NCBI GenBank assembly: GCA_035623825.1
Contig: DASPSR010000031.1
Coordinates: forward strand, 1 to 16,861
Reading direction: 5' to 3'
DNA from: Nitrospirota bacterium
GTDB taxonomy: Bacteria; Nitrospirota; UBA9217
DNA length: 16,861 nt
Part shown: one piece after another, positions 16,176 to 16,861 of the stretch
Numbering within the stretch: position 1 is the stretch's first letter
How the letters are laid out: each line of letters starts with the position of its first letter
Made by a program: the position numbers and the translations under genes
Notes under the pieces: generated by a model
What the model saw: only the letters and a program-made list of their open reading frames with translations
The model's database searches: none
What the model was told of the DNA's origin: nothing

Positions 16176-16861
16176 TTATGCTTCACTCTTCCAGGAGTAC
16201 TGCTCATTCACCATTCGATGGAGCTTGAAAGGCCTGATGCAATCACTCAGCCTTTCTCCGAAGACTTCTATCTTGTTCAGATCGGCTTCACCGACGCCCT
16301 GTTCAGCACAGTAATGAAGGTATCCGACGTTATGAAAGTTTACACCCATGATCTCACAGGCAACCCTATCCGCCGCAAGTGCGTCAATGCTTGCGATGCT
16401 TATTCCTAGATGAACCGGATCGCCACTTGTTGGTCCGTCTCCTTCCATGCCTTCGAAACCATCGATTACCGCAAGATCCACCCGGACACGCCCGGCAAGC
16501 CCGGCAATAATGAGGTTTGTTCGTTTGACTCCCTGATGCACAGACTTTTTGTCTTTTCCCACGATGCTCCCCACTGCAATGTTTTTGAGGGACAGGGTCA
16601 CGACGACGGTATCGTGCGTCTTCAATTTGGCCGCTGAAATGATGTAATTTTCTTTGTCCAGCAGCATGCGAGAGAGCTTCACGGTAATTGGCTTATTATG
16701 CCGGTCGATAAGCGAATACACCTCATACGGGCCAGTATTCAAGTCGATAAGCTCAACATTATACTCTTTAAGAAGGCGCAGATACCCGAAGTTCTTATAT
16801 GCTTCGTGTGTATCGTAGCACGCCGCCTCCGCAATGATGATTTTGTCCTGGTAAAAGCTCG
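16176..16861 (-). CDS. DUF362-domain protein (5' end outside the window)
   Basis: Frame open to the window edge (SFYQDKIIIAEAA...VELIDLN); motifs KLKTHDTVVVTLSLKN, VIDGFEGMEGDGP and DALAADRVACEIMG. Confidence 0.88.
   Translation of the reverse strand, partial: SFYQDKIIIAEAACYDTHEAYKNFGYLRLLKEYNVELIDLNTGPYEVYSLIDRHNKPITVKLSRMLLDKENYIISAAKLKTHDTVVVTLSLKNIAVGSIVGKDKKSVHQGVKRTNLIIAGLAGRVRVDLAVIDGFEGMEGDGPTSGDPVHLGISIASIDALAADRVACEIMGVNFHNVGYLHYCAEQGVGEADLNKIEVFGERLSDCIRPFKLHRMVNEQYSWKSEA

Overview
This is a bacterial accessory region of mosaic composition. The riboswitch and RpoN promoter style suggest a Desulfobacterota/Nitrospirota-like host (inference). All intact genes are on the minus strand. 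Left end: a vapBC toxin-antitoxin module bracketed by 31-bp direct repeats, the right copy abutting the C-terminal remnant of a tyrosine recombinase. Next come two surface-protein genes, a Big_2 Ig-like lipoprotein and a 621-aa HAF-repeat beta-propeller protein. They sit downstream of a GEMM-I cyclic-dinucleotide riboswitch of the A20 (c-AMP-GMP-type) variant, which has an overlapping terminator, a sigma-54 promoter and candidate enhancer sites. A small lipoprotein gene is flanked by two diverged 101-bp direct repeats. The remaining ~10 kb is a transport/envelope cluster: an outer-membrane barrel, a VIT1/CCC1 protein, a frameshifted Ca2+/H+ antiporter, a second barrel with an apparently chimeric N-terminus, an AspT-type antiporter, TerC, a hypothetical membrane protein, an OprB porin and a partial DUF362 gene. 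All family calls come from motif recognition by eye, not database searches.
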